Assembly (NCBI GenBank): GCA_964016885.1
Contig: OZ024744.1
Location: forward strand, 98,766,001 to 98,830,000
Direction: 5' to 3'
From: Eledone cirrhosa
Taxonomy: Eukaryota
Length of the DNA: 64,000 nt
Each line of letters begins with the position of its first letter. Within the stretch, counting starts at the first letter, position 1. Below are positions 1-12,703 of this stretch, one piece after another. The position numbers and the translations under genes are program-made. The notes under the pieces are model-generated. The model saw nothing but the letters and a program-made list of their open reading frames with translations, searched no databases and was not told the DNA's origin.

Positions 1-329
1 CTAATGTGATACAGTCATAGTACTGTTTTGTACTTTTCAAGAATGTCTTGTTAATGTGGTTTCATGTGGTACAGGATGTTAAGAGATAAGTGAAAGCCAG
101 GCTATCTGGAACAAATAACTGACACTTGATAATTTGTATTGCTGCAGAGGTTGGCTGGTCATTGTCTGCGGGAATGCTTTGTGGTCTTGTCCGTGGAGCA
201 CAGCTCCAATACAGCCACCGCCCTAGGCCTAGAGCTCCCCCCCACCTCATTCTTCTGTGACCCTAGAGCCTTTGTTTTTCCCTTTTCCGTTTTCTTAACC
301 ACAAAAGACACATTTTTAACAATAAAACC

Positions 330-700
330 CTGTATTTATAATATTATATAACAATTTATATATACTTTATATATTAATATATATTATATAGCAAATTATA
401 GATACTTTATATATTAACTATATATTATATAGCAAATTATATATACTTTATATATTAATATATATTCTATAGCAAATTATATATACTTTATATATTCATA
501 TATATTATATAGCAAATTATATATACTTTATATATTAATATATATTATATAGCAAATTATATATACTTTATATACAGATATGTGAAAAATGCAATTTTAA
601 TTTTAATTTAATTTAATCAAAAATTTAAAATATAATTTATATATTAATATATATTATATAGCAATTTATATATAATTTATATATGGATATGTGAAAAATA
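330..700. repeat. AT-rich minisatellite, ~39-bp unit
   Basis: Recurring tatattatatagcaaattatatatactttatatattaa. Confidence 0.85.
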
Positions 701-1359
701 CCAGATATATATAATTTAATCCAATTTTTAAACTCATTAAATCGATCGTTTATGAAAGTTTTTCCTGTGACTTTCTTTTCTTAGATTAATTTCAATAAAG
801 TGACACATCCATTCCTGGACTTCATTTCTGTTTCCTAATTATTCTAGGATAATTATACAAAAGCAACAACAACTGTAGAATAATACTGGTACACCATCAA
901 TTTTCAGCAACTGATGGTTTGGCACCCATTTTAACCTTCTCGTTACCATATTTCTAATGAAAGACATTGTCTATGATTTTCAAATAATTTTTTTTAAATA
1001 ATCAAGAATTTAGAGGTATTTAGTATATAATTAACTTTCTCATTATTATGGTGGTGTTTGGAACATAAGGTTTTTACATAAAATTTTGCTAACTATAAAC
1101 AATGTTCCTGAGGAAGACGGTGTGATGGATTAAGGACTTCGAGACAAGAAATAGGTAGTGACATAACCACTATTAGTCAATATATCGATTTACCATGATC
1201 AATCAAACCCCTGAAACGATTGTAAATCAATGAACTAATTAACAACCTATCTTTGACTTTCATTTTATTTTCATTGTTCAATATACACACACATATCATC
1301 ATCATCACTGTTTAACATCCATTTTTCCATGCTGGCATGGGTTATAACTATAAATACTT

Positions 1360-1482
1360 TAAAACAAATATATTTTGTATAATAAAACAAGCAGTTTTGT
1401 ATAATAAAACAAGCAGTTTTGTATAATAAAACAAGCAGTTTTGTATAATAAAACAAATATATTTTGTATAATAAAACAAGCA
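1360..1482. repeat. ~21-bp tandem repeat
   Basis: aaacaagcagttttgtataata about 5 times; explains spurious ORFs at 1271-1611. Confidence 0.85.
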
Positions 1483-1494
1483 AAAGAGAAGTAA

Positions 1495-1641
1495 CCGTAT
1501 TTTCCCATGTCGAAGACGCCACTTTATTCCTAAAATAAGTCTCAAAAATCTACCATGTGTCCTGGAGGCCGAAAATTGTTTATTATTTTTTTTCAAATTT
1601 TTGGTTGACAAAATTAGGGTCTTCGGTGCTGGGAAATACGG
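1495..1641. mobile_element. Tc1/pogo-like MITE (related copy at 19108-19269)
   Basis: TIRs CCGTATTT...AAATACGG followed by TA; near-identical internal sequence at 19108. Confidence 0.65.
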
Positions 1642-2145
1642 TACTTCAAATACAGTAGGAATTTCCAGTAATCCATTAAAACTAGTTCAGTAGTCTCTCA
1701 CAGACAGTGATGCATGACATTTGTAATCTGAACATCTAAGTATTGATGGCTACTACAATATCTATGATTTAGCAGGACTGAGTGGAAATCCTAGGCTATT
1801 TTGCTTAGATTTATCCTTAATTATGGCAAAATTGTTAATGGTAGTCAGAAAATTGGTCCATATAGCTGCATTAGGGGCGGGGGCAGAAGTTCACAAATTT
1901 GATAGTGGCGGTGGTGGTGGTTGTGGTGAGGTAAGGAAGAGAATTAAATCAACCCCAGGAGGATATAAAATAAAGTTTACATGGGGAGGAACATAAAGGG
2001 ATGTAACTAAATATCACAAAGTATTTACTTACTCTAATGGGTCTGTCAATGTCTTGTTCTCAATTCTACCAATCCACAAGTGATAATCAAAATGAGAAAT
2101 GATAAAGATCAATGACATAAAGATATCTTAAACTATATTCTAAAG

Positions 2146-2317
2146 CAGTGGTTCCCAAGGGTTCCACAAAGGAATGTCTGGTCTGAGATTCTATGAAAAA
2201 TGGTAAAGGAGTATATTTATATTATGACCATATAACAGTATTAGATTTTGGGGTTCCCCCAAAAGTTTCTGAACAAAAAAAAAAGGTTCTGCATTTGAAA
2301 AAGTTTGGGAAACCCTG
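2146..2317. mobile_element. hAT (Charlie-like) MITE
   Basis: TIRs CAGTGGTTCCCAA / TTGGGAAACCCTG; degenerate 8-bp TSD ttctaaag / gtctatag. Confidence 0.7.
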
Positions 2318-2325
2318 GTCTATAG

Positions 2326-2515
2326 TAATAATTGTTTCTATTTTTGGCACAAGGCCAACAATTACCCAGTACATTAGTGGTACTTTATTTTATCAACCCC
2401 CCGTAAGGATGAAAGGCAAAGTTAACCTCGGCGGGATTTGAACTCAGATCGTAAAGGGACGTAACTATGCTGGAAAGCATGGCGTCCGACCCTCTACCGA
2501 TACTGCCAATTCACC
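2326..2515 (-). mobile_element. tRNA-derived SINE family A. Other approximate copies: 2850-3065, 3080-3293, 5003-5185, 5500-5690, 17855-18068, 20268-20492, 24060-24470, 38437-38622 (minus); 47150-47245, 56233-56365, 56955-57145, 58058-58280 (plus)
   Basis: Pol III A box TGGCAGTATCGG and B box GAGTTCAAATCC, core GCCTTTCATCCTTACGGGGTCGATAAA, AT-rich tail; more than 12 dispersed copies. Confidence 0.85.
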
Positions 2516-3657
2516 AGTAATAATAAATGATAGACCAACTACATGGAGGCTACAAAAAGATTCAACAAGAAACACTTTTAGCTGCTTTATAGCTGCCTTT
2601 GTTTTTCACTTTTTTTTAATCTTATGCCCCCCCCCCCCCCCCCCCCCAACACCTTGGTTTTGTTTCTTAGCTGTAAGAGCTACTAGCTACCTCTCCTTGT
2701 CTGTCATGATTTACTAGCTCTAAGGGATGTATAAATTGATTAAATAGATAGATAGATAAATAAATATATAAAGTCAGGTTTTCATAAGACAGTGAAACAG
2801 CAGGTAAATTAGAAATAAGGAAGCCACACAAAAAAAAAAAAAAAAATCCCTAACAATTTCAATTTAGATACAAAGCCTGCAACTCGTGGGGAGGGGGAAA
2901 GTCAATTACTTTGGCTGGTACTTTATTTTATCAACCTCAAAAGGATGACAGGCAAAGTTGACTTTGGCGGAATTTGTACTTAGAATGTAAAAAACCGTAA
3001 ACAAATAACCAAATACCACAAAACATTTTGTCTGATGCTCTACCAATTCTGCCAATCCACCACCGTTGTTATTTTAAATAATTTAGGCAGAAGGCCTGTG
3101 ATTTTCAGGGGAGAGGAAGGGAAAGTCATTATATTGACCCCAGTACTTGACTTGTATTTTAGTTTTTAGACCCCAGAAGGATGAAAAATAAAGTTGACTT
3201 TGGTAGGATTTGAACTCAGAAAGTAAAGAGCCATTACCAAAAACTACAAAATATTTTGTCCGACGCTCTAACAACTCTGCCAATCAACCACCCTGAAGAC
3301 ACCGACACACAGACACAGACACACACACATATATATATAAATGTAATTTTACATGAATTCACCATGAAATAGAATAAACATGAAATATATTTTTAACAAA
3401 GTCATCCAAATGATATTATTTAAAATATTTTGTTCTTTCAAGAGTCAGGAATTAAATAAATTTATATCATTCAAAATTCTAACAGAATACAATGAATTAT
3501 ATATGGATTGTTCAGTATAGCAGTATTATTTAATATTAATAATAAAAAAAGCATTTTGAAAGTATATGTCATACATTTTGAAGTATATTATAAAAGAATA
3601 TACATTATATATATATACATTAAATATATATATTTAATATGTATATATGCATATGTA

Positions 3658-3879
3658 TATTTAATTAGAGAGTGAACAACACAAAATATAACTACTCCAT
3701 TACCAAAGGTTTCTGGATTACAGACAATATTAATATGCATCTAGTTTGCTCATCATTCATTATCTATAACCCCTCTCTGTCTGATAAGCGAACTAGACGT
3801 ATGTTAACATAGTCTAGGGCTCTGAAACCTCTGGTAATGGAGTAGTTATATTTTGTGTTGTTCACTCTCTAATTAAATA
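3658..3879. repeat. Inverted repeat (PLE pseudo-LTR remnant) with two degenerate hammerhead motifs
   Basis: ~55-bp near-perfect outer arms; CTGATAA...GAAACCTCTGGTA on plus, ATGATGA...GAAACCTTTGGTA on minus. Confidence 0.7.
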
Positions 3880-3939
3880 GCTCTGTTCTATACATAGAGC
3901 ACTCTTTTTTCCTTTGCTTTTTCTTCGGAAATACTTAAC

Positions 3940-3970
<31 letters not shown>

Positions 3971-4615
3971 TATATATATATATATATGTACATATGTAGG
4001 AGGTGAGTTTTATTGAAGTACAATAAAGCAATGCAGATATCGGATAAGTAGCACTCTACAGTTTGTAGATATATATATGCATGTATATATATATGCATGT
4101 ATATATATATATATGTACATATATATATATATACATGCATATATATATATATACATACGCATACACGCACATATATATATATATATACGTACATATATAT
4201 ATTTATATTTAAATTTATTTAATAAATCTCTTAAAATAAATCGTTTTCATACATAAATGTAAAAAATACACATTTTTAGACAAAAAAAACAATAAACAAA
4301 GAAAAAATATTAGTTATAACAAATATATCGATATTCAATAACGATGCTGTATAATGCGAATAAAACGGAATTATTATCGAAATTTTTTTTTTTATCCATT
4401 ATTTCAAAGAATGCCAATTTTAACCCAGATAGAAAAAAAAAAAAAAAATGTTAAATTAAAAATAAATATGGTGCTTCAGCAGGGCTGCAGTCAAATGACT
4501 TAAATTATTAAAAAGAATAAAAAGAATAAAAGAATATATTCCCAATGAAATCCATTCCCAGGAATGACTTGTCCATTGCCTCAAGAGATTAAGCTGTCAA
4601 TATATATGGTAAGAA

Positions 4616-4699
4616 TCATTTTTGTGGTAAATAAATTTTTTCGGCTTCAACCAGTTCATGGTCATTTTGTAAACGGAAGATTTCTTTCACAGGAGCAAC
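4616..4699 (-). CDS. pepM: PEP phosphomutase last coding exon (VAPVKEIFRLQNDHELVEAEKIYLPQK*)
   Basis: Manual translation matches the PEP mutase C-terminal helix; tttttctag acceptor; TGA at 4618-4616; 84 nt. Confidence 0.93.
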   Translation of the reverse strand, partial: VAPVKEIFRLQNDHELVEAEKIYLPQK

Positions 4700-6261
4700 C
4701 TAGAAAAATAATGTAGCAATAGTTGAAACGCCTCAAAAAAAAAAACAACATATATATATATATTTATATAAGAAAATTAGGTTTTTTTAAATGAAGCGAG
4801 GTCCTACACGAGTGAAAGTATAATGAAAAGAAATTGAAAATGCATGGAGGGTTTGTGGTTTTTCTCGCGAGAAAAACCACAAACCCTCCATCACAATTCT
4901 ACTTTTGAAAAGCATAAGAACTGTGAAACCAGTAAAGGAAACAAATAAATATTCTTAAAAAGGTACAGTTACAATGAAAATGACAATTCTAAAAACATAA
5001 CTGCTTCTACTTTAGGCACAAGGCCAGCAATTACCCAGTGCATTACTGGTACTTTATTTTATCGACCCCGAAAGGATGAAAGGCAAAGTTAACCTTGGCG
5101 GGATTTGAACTCAGACTGTAAAGGGTCGTAACTCTATGCTGCAAAGCATAGCGCCCGACCCTCTACCGATACTGCCAATCCACCACAATTATAAAAACAT
5201 AATAAAAGAAAATGCAAAAGAAATATGTAAACTGGTTTTATTTAATTGTATGAAACTCGCTCGTACTGTGGATTTCTACTTGTACTACAAGACAAACATC
5301 CGCACGAGCCTCGGCTTGTACAGCAAATTACTGGTACAGTGGGGCACTCATACTGCGATGTTCTACTATATGTATATTGATCAGGAGAATATTTAATAAT
5401 GATTGAAACTGAAAAATATTGGTCAAGATAGAATGTACCAATTATTGACCCCCCACCCCACCCTACACCACCCCAAATATATTGATCAGGAGGGTATTTA
5501 ATAATTGTTTCTACTTTTGGCAGCACAAAGCCAGTAATACCCCAGTGCATTACTGGTACTTTTTTTTATCTACCTATAAGGATGAAAAGCAAAGTTAACC
5601 TCACCAGGATTTGAACTTAGAACGTAAAGGGCCAAAACACTATGCTGCAAAGCATGGTGCCCAGCACTCTACCGATACTGCCAATCCAATAATGATTGAA
5701 ACTATAAAATGTTGATCTAGACAGAATGTAACAATAGTTGACCCCACCTCAAAAAAATATATATTGATCAGGACAGTATTCAATAATGATTGGAACTGAA
5801 AAATATTGATCAAACTAAAATGTAACAATAGTTAAAACCCCCTAAAATATTCTCATGGAAATGTCTTTGTTGTTCTGTCTGTGGGGTGCAGCCAAGTTAC
5901 TGCCCGCCCCAGGCATCGAGCCTATCACCCTTCCACCTTCCTCTCTTCTGTGGTCTCATAGTCCTTGTTTTTTTTTTCTCCTCTTTCCTCTCATTTATGG
6001 CATTAATAGCCCTTTCTCCTATTCTCAGATTTGCACTTCTTTACCCCTTCCCCCCTCTGATCATTCCTTGGTTTCATTTTTATCCTTTTTTTCCTTTTTT
6101 TTCTTTTTCTTTAATATTTCCATCAATATTTGTAATATTAAAAAAATATTGATCAAGAGAGTATTTAAAAATGATTGGAAAAATATTGATTGAGATAGAA
6201 TTTTACCCAGTAGCAAAATTATGGCGAGGGTAAATCTGTGGATATGAAACACAGGCCAATA

Positions 6262-6476
6262 TACGAGGGTGGGCTGAAAAGTTTATAGGCTGACTATGAA
6301 GGAGTCATGCTAGAGCTGTGAAATCTTACATATGCATTAACTTCAACTCCTCTGAATAATAACTGCATTTTTTTTTAATTTTTTTTTTACAAGGACTATG
6401 TTGAAAAATAAACCTCATTTGGTCATTCCATGAGAGTATCTTGATCAACCTATGAACTTATCAGCTGGCCCTCGTA
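6262..6476. mobile_element. Mariner-type MITE
   Basis: Termini TACGAGGG...CCCTCGTA with TA flanks. Confidence 0.75.
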
Positions 6477-7399
6477 TAAATAACATTACCACTGGAAATA
6501 GCTATGGTGAAACTTATGGATATTTAAGACTGAATCAACTGTTTTACTATCTGTTTTACATTCTATCTGCTCCTTCTCAGACACTGGACAAGAGACTTCA
6601 GCTATGGCAGTCACTGTAGTAGTTGATAATGTCACAGCTATGTCATTATACACACACACAGCACACATACACACACATACAAGCACACATGTATTTTGTA
6701 TGAACTTTCTGGAACATCACCCATCAATATTGTTATGATTTGAAGTCACCATATATACTTATTGAAGCGATAAAATGTTTACAATTTAAATGATGTGTTT
6801 TTACTTCACTTCCTTCAATGTCTCATGACTTCCATATCAAGACAAACATTTAAACACTTAATTTTACTTCAATCCTTACAAAACCAAGTCACTTCAAACT
6901 CCTCTATTACTCGTAAAGAGTTCAAATTTAAATTCAAACTTTGAACTGAAATTTCATTATTACGTGACAAGCAATAGAGCAGACATGGAGCGGACTGAGG
7001 CTCCTTAAGCCGTAGTGTAGGCAACCCATCTAGGAGAGCTACCACTCCGAATAAATTGGTGAGGGGTGGAGAAGTCCCCTAAGTCCAGTAAGACGACTTT
7101 CATAGTGCTGGTGGCATGAATAAAAGCAACCGGTCCATGATGTAAAATGGAGGTGATGGTAGTAGCATTCAGCCATTAAAACCCATGCCAAAGTATGGAG
7201 TGGAGAGGGCCCCTGAGTCCAGTAAGACAACCTTTCTAGTGCTGGTGTTAGGAAGGGCATCCAACCAGTGTATTAATGCCAAAACAATAATGAGAACAAC
7301 AACAAATAGATGATGATGAATAGATTTCAAGTAGTTAAATATTTGTCTCCTCTTCTTTTTCCTCCTCCTTCTTTGCCCACTTATTACTGAGATGGTCAT

Positions 7400-8150
7400 G
7401 GAGGCAGGGTCCTCAAACACTCCTACCAGTGGGTCCTGACAGAAGCAACTGTCTCCAACTAATCCAGCCGGATCCCCAAGCAAGACCAGCCAAACTCATG
7501 GATGCTATCCAACCATCTTGCTCGGGATCTACCCCCTGGGTCTCCTGCTGGTTGGTTTTTTTCCTGCAAAATCTGTCCAGCGAATCTTTCCTGAGACATT
7601 CTAACCACATGTCCATAGTATCAGTGCTGTGATCTCTCAATTTGGAGAAGTAGTGGCTCTACCTGGAGTGACTCCAGTGATTCTTTCCTGAGACGTTCTA
7701 ACCACATGACCATAGTATCAGTGCTGTGATCTCTCAATTTGGAGAAGTAGTGGCTCTACCTGGAGTGATTCTCTGATCTCCAAGCTACACATTTTGGAGG
7801 AATCCCATTTCGGCAGCTTGTATTCACGATCGTAATTTTTTGGTCATTACCCAAGATTCATAGGTAAGGGTTGGCACAAATACCAAATTGAAGATAGTGA
7901 GTTTGGCTTTTAGTCCTACCTTCTTACTTCTGATTACTGAATGCTGAAGCTGGTGAATTACTGCACCAGCTCCTGCAATTCTTGCACTTAATTCAGCCTC
8001 CTGCCTTCCATCACCTATGAACACAGCCCCGAGACACTTGAACTTGCTTCAGTGAAACTCCATTCACATGTAGAGTGCATTGTACAGGCTTTCTCTAGAG
8101 GACAAGTGTCTCATTCTTTGCTGCACTGATTTTAATTTCTGCCAAGCAGC
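7400..8150 (-). mobile_element. Decayed RTE-clade LINE fragment, second family (related pieces at 44770-45075 and 56630-56730)
   Basis: ORF 7824..8024 RIAGAGAVIHQL...KAKLTIFNLVFVPTLTYESW resembles the non-LTR RT C-terminal region; internal ~96-bp duplication. Confidence 0.7.
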
Positions 8151-8227
8151 AATCAAAATTATTTATTTCTATAAACCTCTCATAGTTTTTGATCATTTTG
8201 TTAATTAAAGCAAAAAGGCGGTATATC

Positions 8228-8507
8228 ATTGTTGGAAATGTGGTGTGCAGGAGAGAAAACTACATTGGTACGGACATGAGGCATGCATGGTGAAGAAGTG
8301 CCAGGAAATACCAGTGGAGGGAAGCCGCAGTAGAGGAAGACCAAGAAAGACCTGGGCAGAGGTGGTGAGAGCTAATCCCACATTGCTGAGACTCATAGAA
8401 GAGATGATGAAGGAATGCGGTGTGTGGAGAGATGCTGTGCTGAAAAGGAGCTGTCCAACCCATGACAGTGTAGAAAAATGGACATAAAAACAATGATGAT
8501 GATGATG
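8228..8507 (+). mobile_element. RTE LINE 3' fragment with (TGA)n tail
   Basis: LHWYGH...VEGSRSRGRPRKTW motif followed by atgatgatg tail. Confidence 0.85.
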
Positions 8508-8509
8508 AG

Positions 8510-8880
8510 ATTGGTTAACCATAGTTGAAACTGAGATTATGAACCATGGTTTGAAAGCCAAATGCTTCCCTTCCCAGCTTGAGCTGGTAGGACTGGACAG
8601 AGGGGACAGCATAACAATCTTCCTGTTTCACAGTAGTAAGCTCCTCATCTGATACCTTTTCCAGCAGAAACCTGATGTATTTGGCAACTAACCTAGGCTT
8701 CACGGTTCGTCAGGCTGAAGAGAGAAAACTATTGACGTATTGGTCTCTTTCTGATAGGTTTGTGATCGAACACGTAGCAATAGGGACTTCTGATGTTCTT
8801 GGTCCCTGGATCATATCGCCACATACAACTATCAGGGCAGTTGACAGGATTGACCCCGCAACTTAGAATGGCTATTTCAA
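8510..8880 (+). mobile_element. Possible decayed CRE/RLE-type non-LTR element, C-terminal endonuclease fragment
   Basis: QAEERKLLTYWSLSDRFVIEHVAIGTSDVLGP resembles AE..K..KY..L...F...A.ET.G..GP of restriction-like endonucleases. Confidence 0.45.
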
Positions 8881-9004
8881 TGCATCACCACCACCACCAT
8901 CATATAATGTCTATATTCCATGCTTCCATGGCTTAAATGGCTGTCACATGTTGAGTCCTGACTGGTCAGGTGACTAGGTACTGCTAGTATGTTTTGTTTT
9001 AGAT

Positions 9005-9470
9005 TGATTTCTACAGTTGCATACCCTCCCTAACACAAACCACTTTACAATATGTACTAGGAGCATGGTTTCTACAGCTAGATGCTCTTCCTAACACCAA
9101 TCACTTTACAGCATATACTAGGAGTATGTTTACAGCTGGATACCCTCCCTAACACCAACCACTTTGCAGCATGTACTGGGAGTATGGTTTCTACAGCTAG
9201 ATGCTCTCCCTAACACCAACCACTTTACAGCATGTACTGGGAGTATGGTTTCTATGGCTGGATGCCCTTCCTATCACCAACCTCTTCACAGCATGTACTG
9301 GGAGCATAGTTTCTATGGCTGGATACCCTTCCTAACACCAACCACTTTACAGCATGTAGTAGGAGCATAGTTTCTATGGCTGGATACCCTTCCTAAATAC
9401 CAACCACTTTACAGTGTGTACTGGGAGCATGGTTTCTACAGCTGGACGCCCTTCCTATCACTAATTTACA
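9005..9470 (-). repeat. ~61-bp minisatellite derived from the LINE/SINE 3' tail
   Basis: About 7 units of ggtttctacagctggatgcccttcctaacaccaaccactttacag..., reverse complement of the RTE 3' UTR motif at 34801-34845. Confidence 0.85.
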
Positions 9471-9764
9471 GCAAGACAGAGAAAGTGTTCAGCAAGGACG
9501 GTGAATCAGTAACACTTGACCAACACACACAACATATACAATTTTGTTAAATCCTAAAAATAGGAATATTAGTGCTTGTGCTATGATGAAAAGCGGCCAG
9601 TCCACTTTGTAATTTGGTAGTGTCAGCATCCCGATTAAATGCTATCAGTATATGCTGTAAAGTGGTTGGTATTGTGAAGGGCAATCCAACTATGAAAACC
9701 TTGCTCCTAGTAAACACTGTAAATTGGTTGAAGTTAGGAATGGTACCCAGCCATAGAAACCTTG

Positions 9765-10213
9765 TAAAAACAAAGAATACAAGCAGGACCTAGTTAACTG
9801 ACCAGTCTGACCCAGCTTACAAAAAACAAAGAATATAAGCAGGACCTAGTTAACTGACCAGTCTGACCCAGCTTACAAAAAACAAAGAATATAAGCAAGA
9901 CCTAGTTAACTGACCAGTCTGACCCAGCTTACAAAAAACAAAGAATACAAGCAGGACCTAGTTAACTGACCAGTCTGACCCAGCTTACAAAAAACAAAGA
10001 ATACAAGCAAGACCTAGTTAACTGACCAGTCTGACCCAGCTTACAAAAAACAAAGAATATAAGCAGGACCTAGTTAACTGACCAGTCTGACCCAGCTTAC
10101 AAAAAACAAAGAATACAAACAGGACCTAGTTAACTGACCAGTCTGACCCAGCTTACAAAAAACAAAGAATACAAGCAGGACCTAGTTAACTGACCAGTCT
10201 GACCCAGCTTACA
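9765..10213. repeat. 56-bp minisatellite, 8 near-identical copies
   Basis: aaaaaacaaagaatacaagcaggacctagttaactgaccagtctgacccagcttac. Confidence 0.95.
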
Positions 10214-10383
10214 ACACTGTCTAGATGATGTAGATGTTAAACAGTGATGGTGACAGAGTTCAGAGGAAAGAAAGTATTTGCTTTGGAGTGCTTGTAAAAG
10301 ATATTATCAAACAGACATTTTTAGGAGAGAGATAAACTGAATGTGTGAGTGTAGTGGTACAGTAGACTAAAAATATAGCCATG

Positions 10384-10848
10384 TTGCCTGGTGTATTAAT
10401 GACAAGTTGCTGGCTAGCAACTGGTCAAACTAAACAGTCCTGGTGTATTAATGACAAGTTGCTGGCCAGCAGATGGTCAAACTAAACAGTCCTGGTGTAT
10501 TAATGACCAGTTGCTGGCTAGAACTGGTCAAAGTGAGGTCCTGGTGTATTAATGACCAGTTACTGGCTAACAGCTGGTCAAAGTGAGGTCCTGGTGTATT
10601 AATGACCAGTTGCTGGCTAGAACTGGTCAAAGTGAGGTCCTGGTGTATTAATGACCAGTTGCTGGCTAGAACTGGTCAAAGTGAGGTCCTGGTGTATTAA
10701 TGACATGTTACTCGCTAGCAGCTGGTCAAACTAAACAGTCGTGGTGTATTAATGACATGTTACTGGCCAGCAGATGGTCAAACCAAACTGTCCTGGTGTA
10801 TTAAGGACTTGTTACTGGCTAGCAGCTGGTCAAACTGAACAATCCTGC
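10384..10848. repeat. 49-52-bp minisatellite with internal hairpin, about 9 copies
   Basis: cctggtgtattaaTGACCAGTTgctggctagAACTGGTCAaagtgaggt. Confidence 0.9.
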
Positions 10849-11060
10849 TGCAGCCATAATATGTAGTCAATTGGGAGGCTGACCACTCTAAGTTTCCTCA
10901 TTTATGGGTGTAGCCAGCACCCTGGTGACTTACCAGATGCGGCCAAATGCATATTACATGAAAATATGGCGTAGTTTCGTAAAATAACAACAACAAACAT
11001 GATTTTGTGACAAGAAGGGGGGAAAAAAAAAAAAAAAAAGATTCTGAAAATATTTCTTAC

Positions 11061-11237
11061 CGTCTTTTCAACATTTACAAGGGATTGCTCCTTGTAAATT
11101 GTTGCAGATAAATTTTGCATGGCAGAGATTGAGGCACGTAAATTGTGATTAGCCCAGATTATCATAGAGCATCCTAAATCTCGGAAACGTTGAGTTGGAA
11201 CGGTGTAATACTTAGTAGGAATTATTATCACAGGAGT
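11061..11237 (-). CDS. pepM: PEP phosphomutase exon ([11 protein letters not shown]...[10 protein letters not shown]...SLVNVEKT)
   Basis: Inside ORF 10902..11276; PTKY and IWANH motifs; ttcag acceptor, GTAAGA donor; 177 nt, phase 0 to 0. Confidence 0.95.
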
Positions 11238-11254
11238 CTGAATAAATAAGTAAA

Positions 11255-11585
11255 TATACACATTAAATATACACATTATGTATACACATTAAATATACAC
11301 ATTATGTATACACATTAAATATACACATTAAATATACACATTATGTATACACATTAAATATACACATTATGTATACACATTAAATATACACATTAAATAT
11401 ACACATTAAATATACACATTAAATATACACATTAAATATACACATTATGTATACACATTATGTATACACATTAAATATACACATTATGTATACACATTAA
11501 ATATACACATTATGTATACACATTAAATATACACATTATGTATACACATTAAATATACACATTAATGAAACATTAAATATACCCA
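11255..11585. repeat. 13-bp tandem repeat (atacacattaaat / atacacattatgt)
   Basis: Read directly; begins about 20 bp from the acceptor at 11238. Confidence 0.9.
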
Positions 11586-11684
11586 TTATAAATATCAGAG
11601 CTTCCGTTACAGTTTTGTAATGATTCCACCCCCTATATCTACCTCCCGAATTCCCCAGGCATCTCCCCTACCCAATTCCCCAAT

Positions 11685-12430
11685 CCACACTGTAAAGTGG
11701 TCATGTAGGTGTCACGACAAAAAGCACCCAGCCCACACTGTAAAATGGTTGTGGTGGTATCATGATAAAAAGCACCCAGGCCACACTGTAAAGTGGTCAT
11801 GTAGGTGTCACGACAAAAAGCACCCAGCCCACACTGTAAAATGGTTGTGGTGGTATCATGAAAAAAGCACCCAGGCCACACTGTAAAGTGGTCATGTAGG
11901 TGTCACAACAAAAAGCACCCACACTATAAAGTGGTTGTGGTGGTATCATGATAAAAAGCACCCAGTCCACACTGTAAAGTGGTCATGTAGGTGTCACGAC
12001 AAAAAGCACCCACACTGTAAAGTGGTTGTGGTGGTATCATGAAAAAAGCACCCAGACCACACTGTAAAGTGGTCATGTAGATGCCACGACAAAAAGCACC
12101 CAGGCCACACTGTAAAGTGGTCATGTAGGTGTCACGACAAAAAGCACCCAACCCACACTGTAAAGTGGTTGTGGTGGTATCATGAAAAAAGCACCCAGGC
12201 CACACTGTAAAGTGGTGCATGGGTTTCATGACAAAAAGCACCCAGAACACACTGTAAAGTACTTGGTGTTAGGAAGGGCATCTAGCCATAGAAACCAAGC
12301 CAAAATCAGTTCTGTGTGAGAAAAACATGGTCCTCTGACCTGGTTTTTCTCACAATGAAACAGCTCGTCTAACCCATGCTAGCATGGAAAATGGATGTTA
12401 AATGATGATGATGATGATGATGATGATGAT
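11685..12430 (+). repeat. ~46-bp tandem array within an RTE/SINE 3' tail ending in (TGA)n
   Basis: Alternating units cacactgtaaagtggtcatgtaggtgtcacgacaaaaagcaccc and ...gtggtggtatcatga...; continues into ggtgttaggaagggcat...gatgttaaatgatgatg. Confidence 0.85.
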
Positions 12431-12703
12431 GGTTTCATGACTAACTGTACTGGGTACATAATAACATGGCACCACTAATATAAAGGTTGTCATAGGTTCA
12501 TCCCAAATAATAAAGCAGCCTCTACTCTACACAGTCTCTGAGTGCTAAACCACTTTACAACGAGTACTTAGTGGACTCCATCACGACACCAACATCTTCT
12601 CTGTGTCTTCTCTTCACTCAGCAATCTATTCGGTGGGGGTGGCAGGTGGGGTATTTTGATGTGTTCCATTGAGGCAGAGATAAAGTTAATAGGCCATTTA
12701 AAG

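Noticed and set aside
1105-1230. CTGAGGA and GAAACGATTGTA motifs suggesting hammerheads
   Set aside because: Cores and stems are too degenerate to pair into a credible structure
62-6252. Numerous short ORFs of 60-112 aa
   Set aside because: Low-complexity or SINE-derived, with no recognisable domains or splice-consistent exons beyond the PepM exon
9765-10848. CRISPR-like appearance of regular, partly palindromic repeats
   Set aside because: Units are head-to-tail with no unique spacers, there are no cas genes, and the context is a eukaryotic intron
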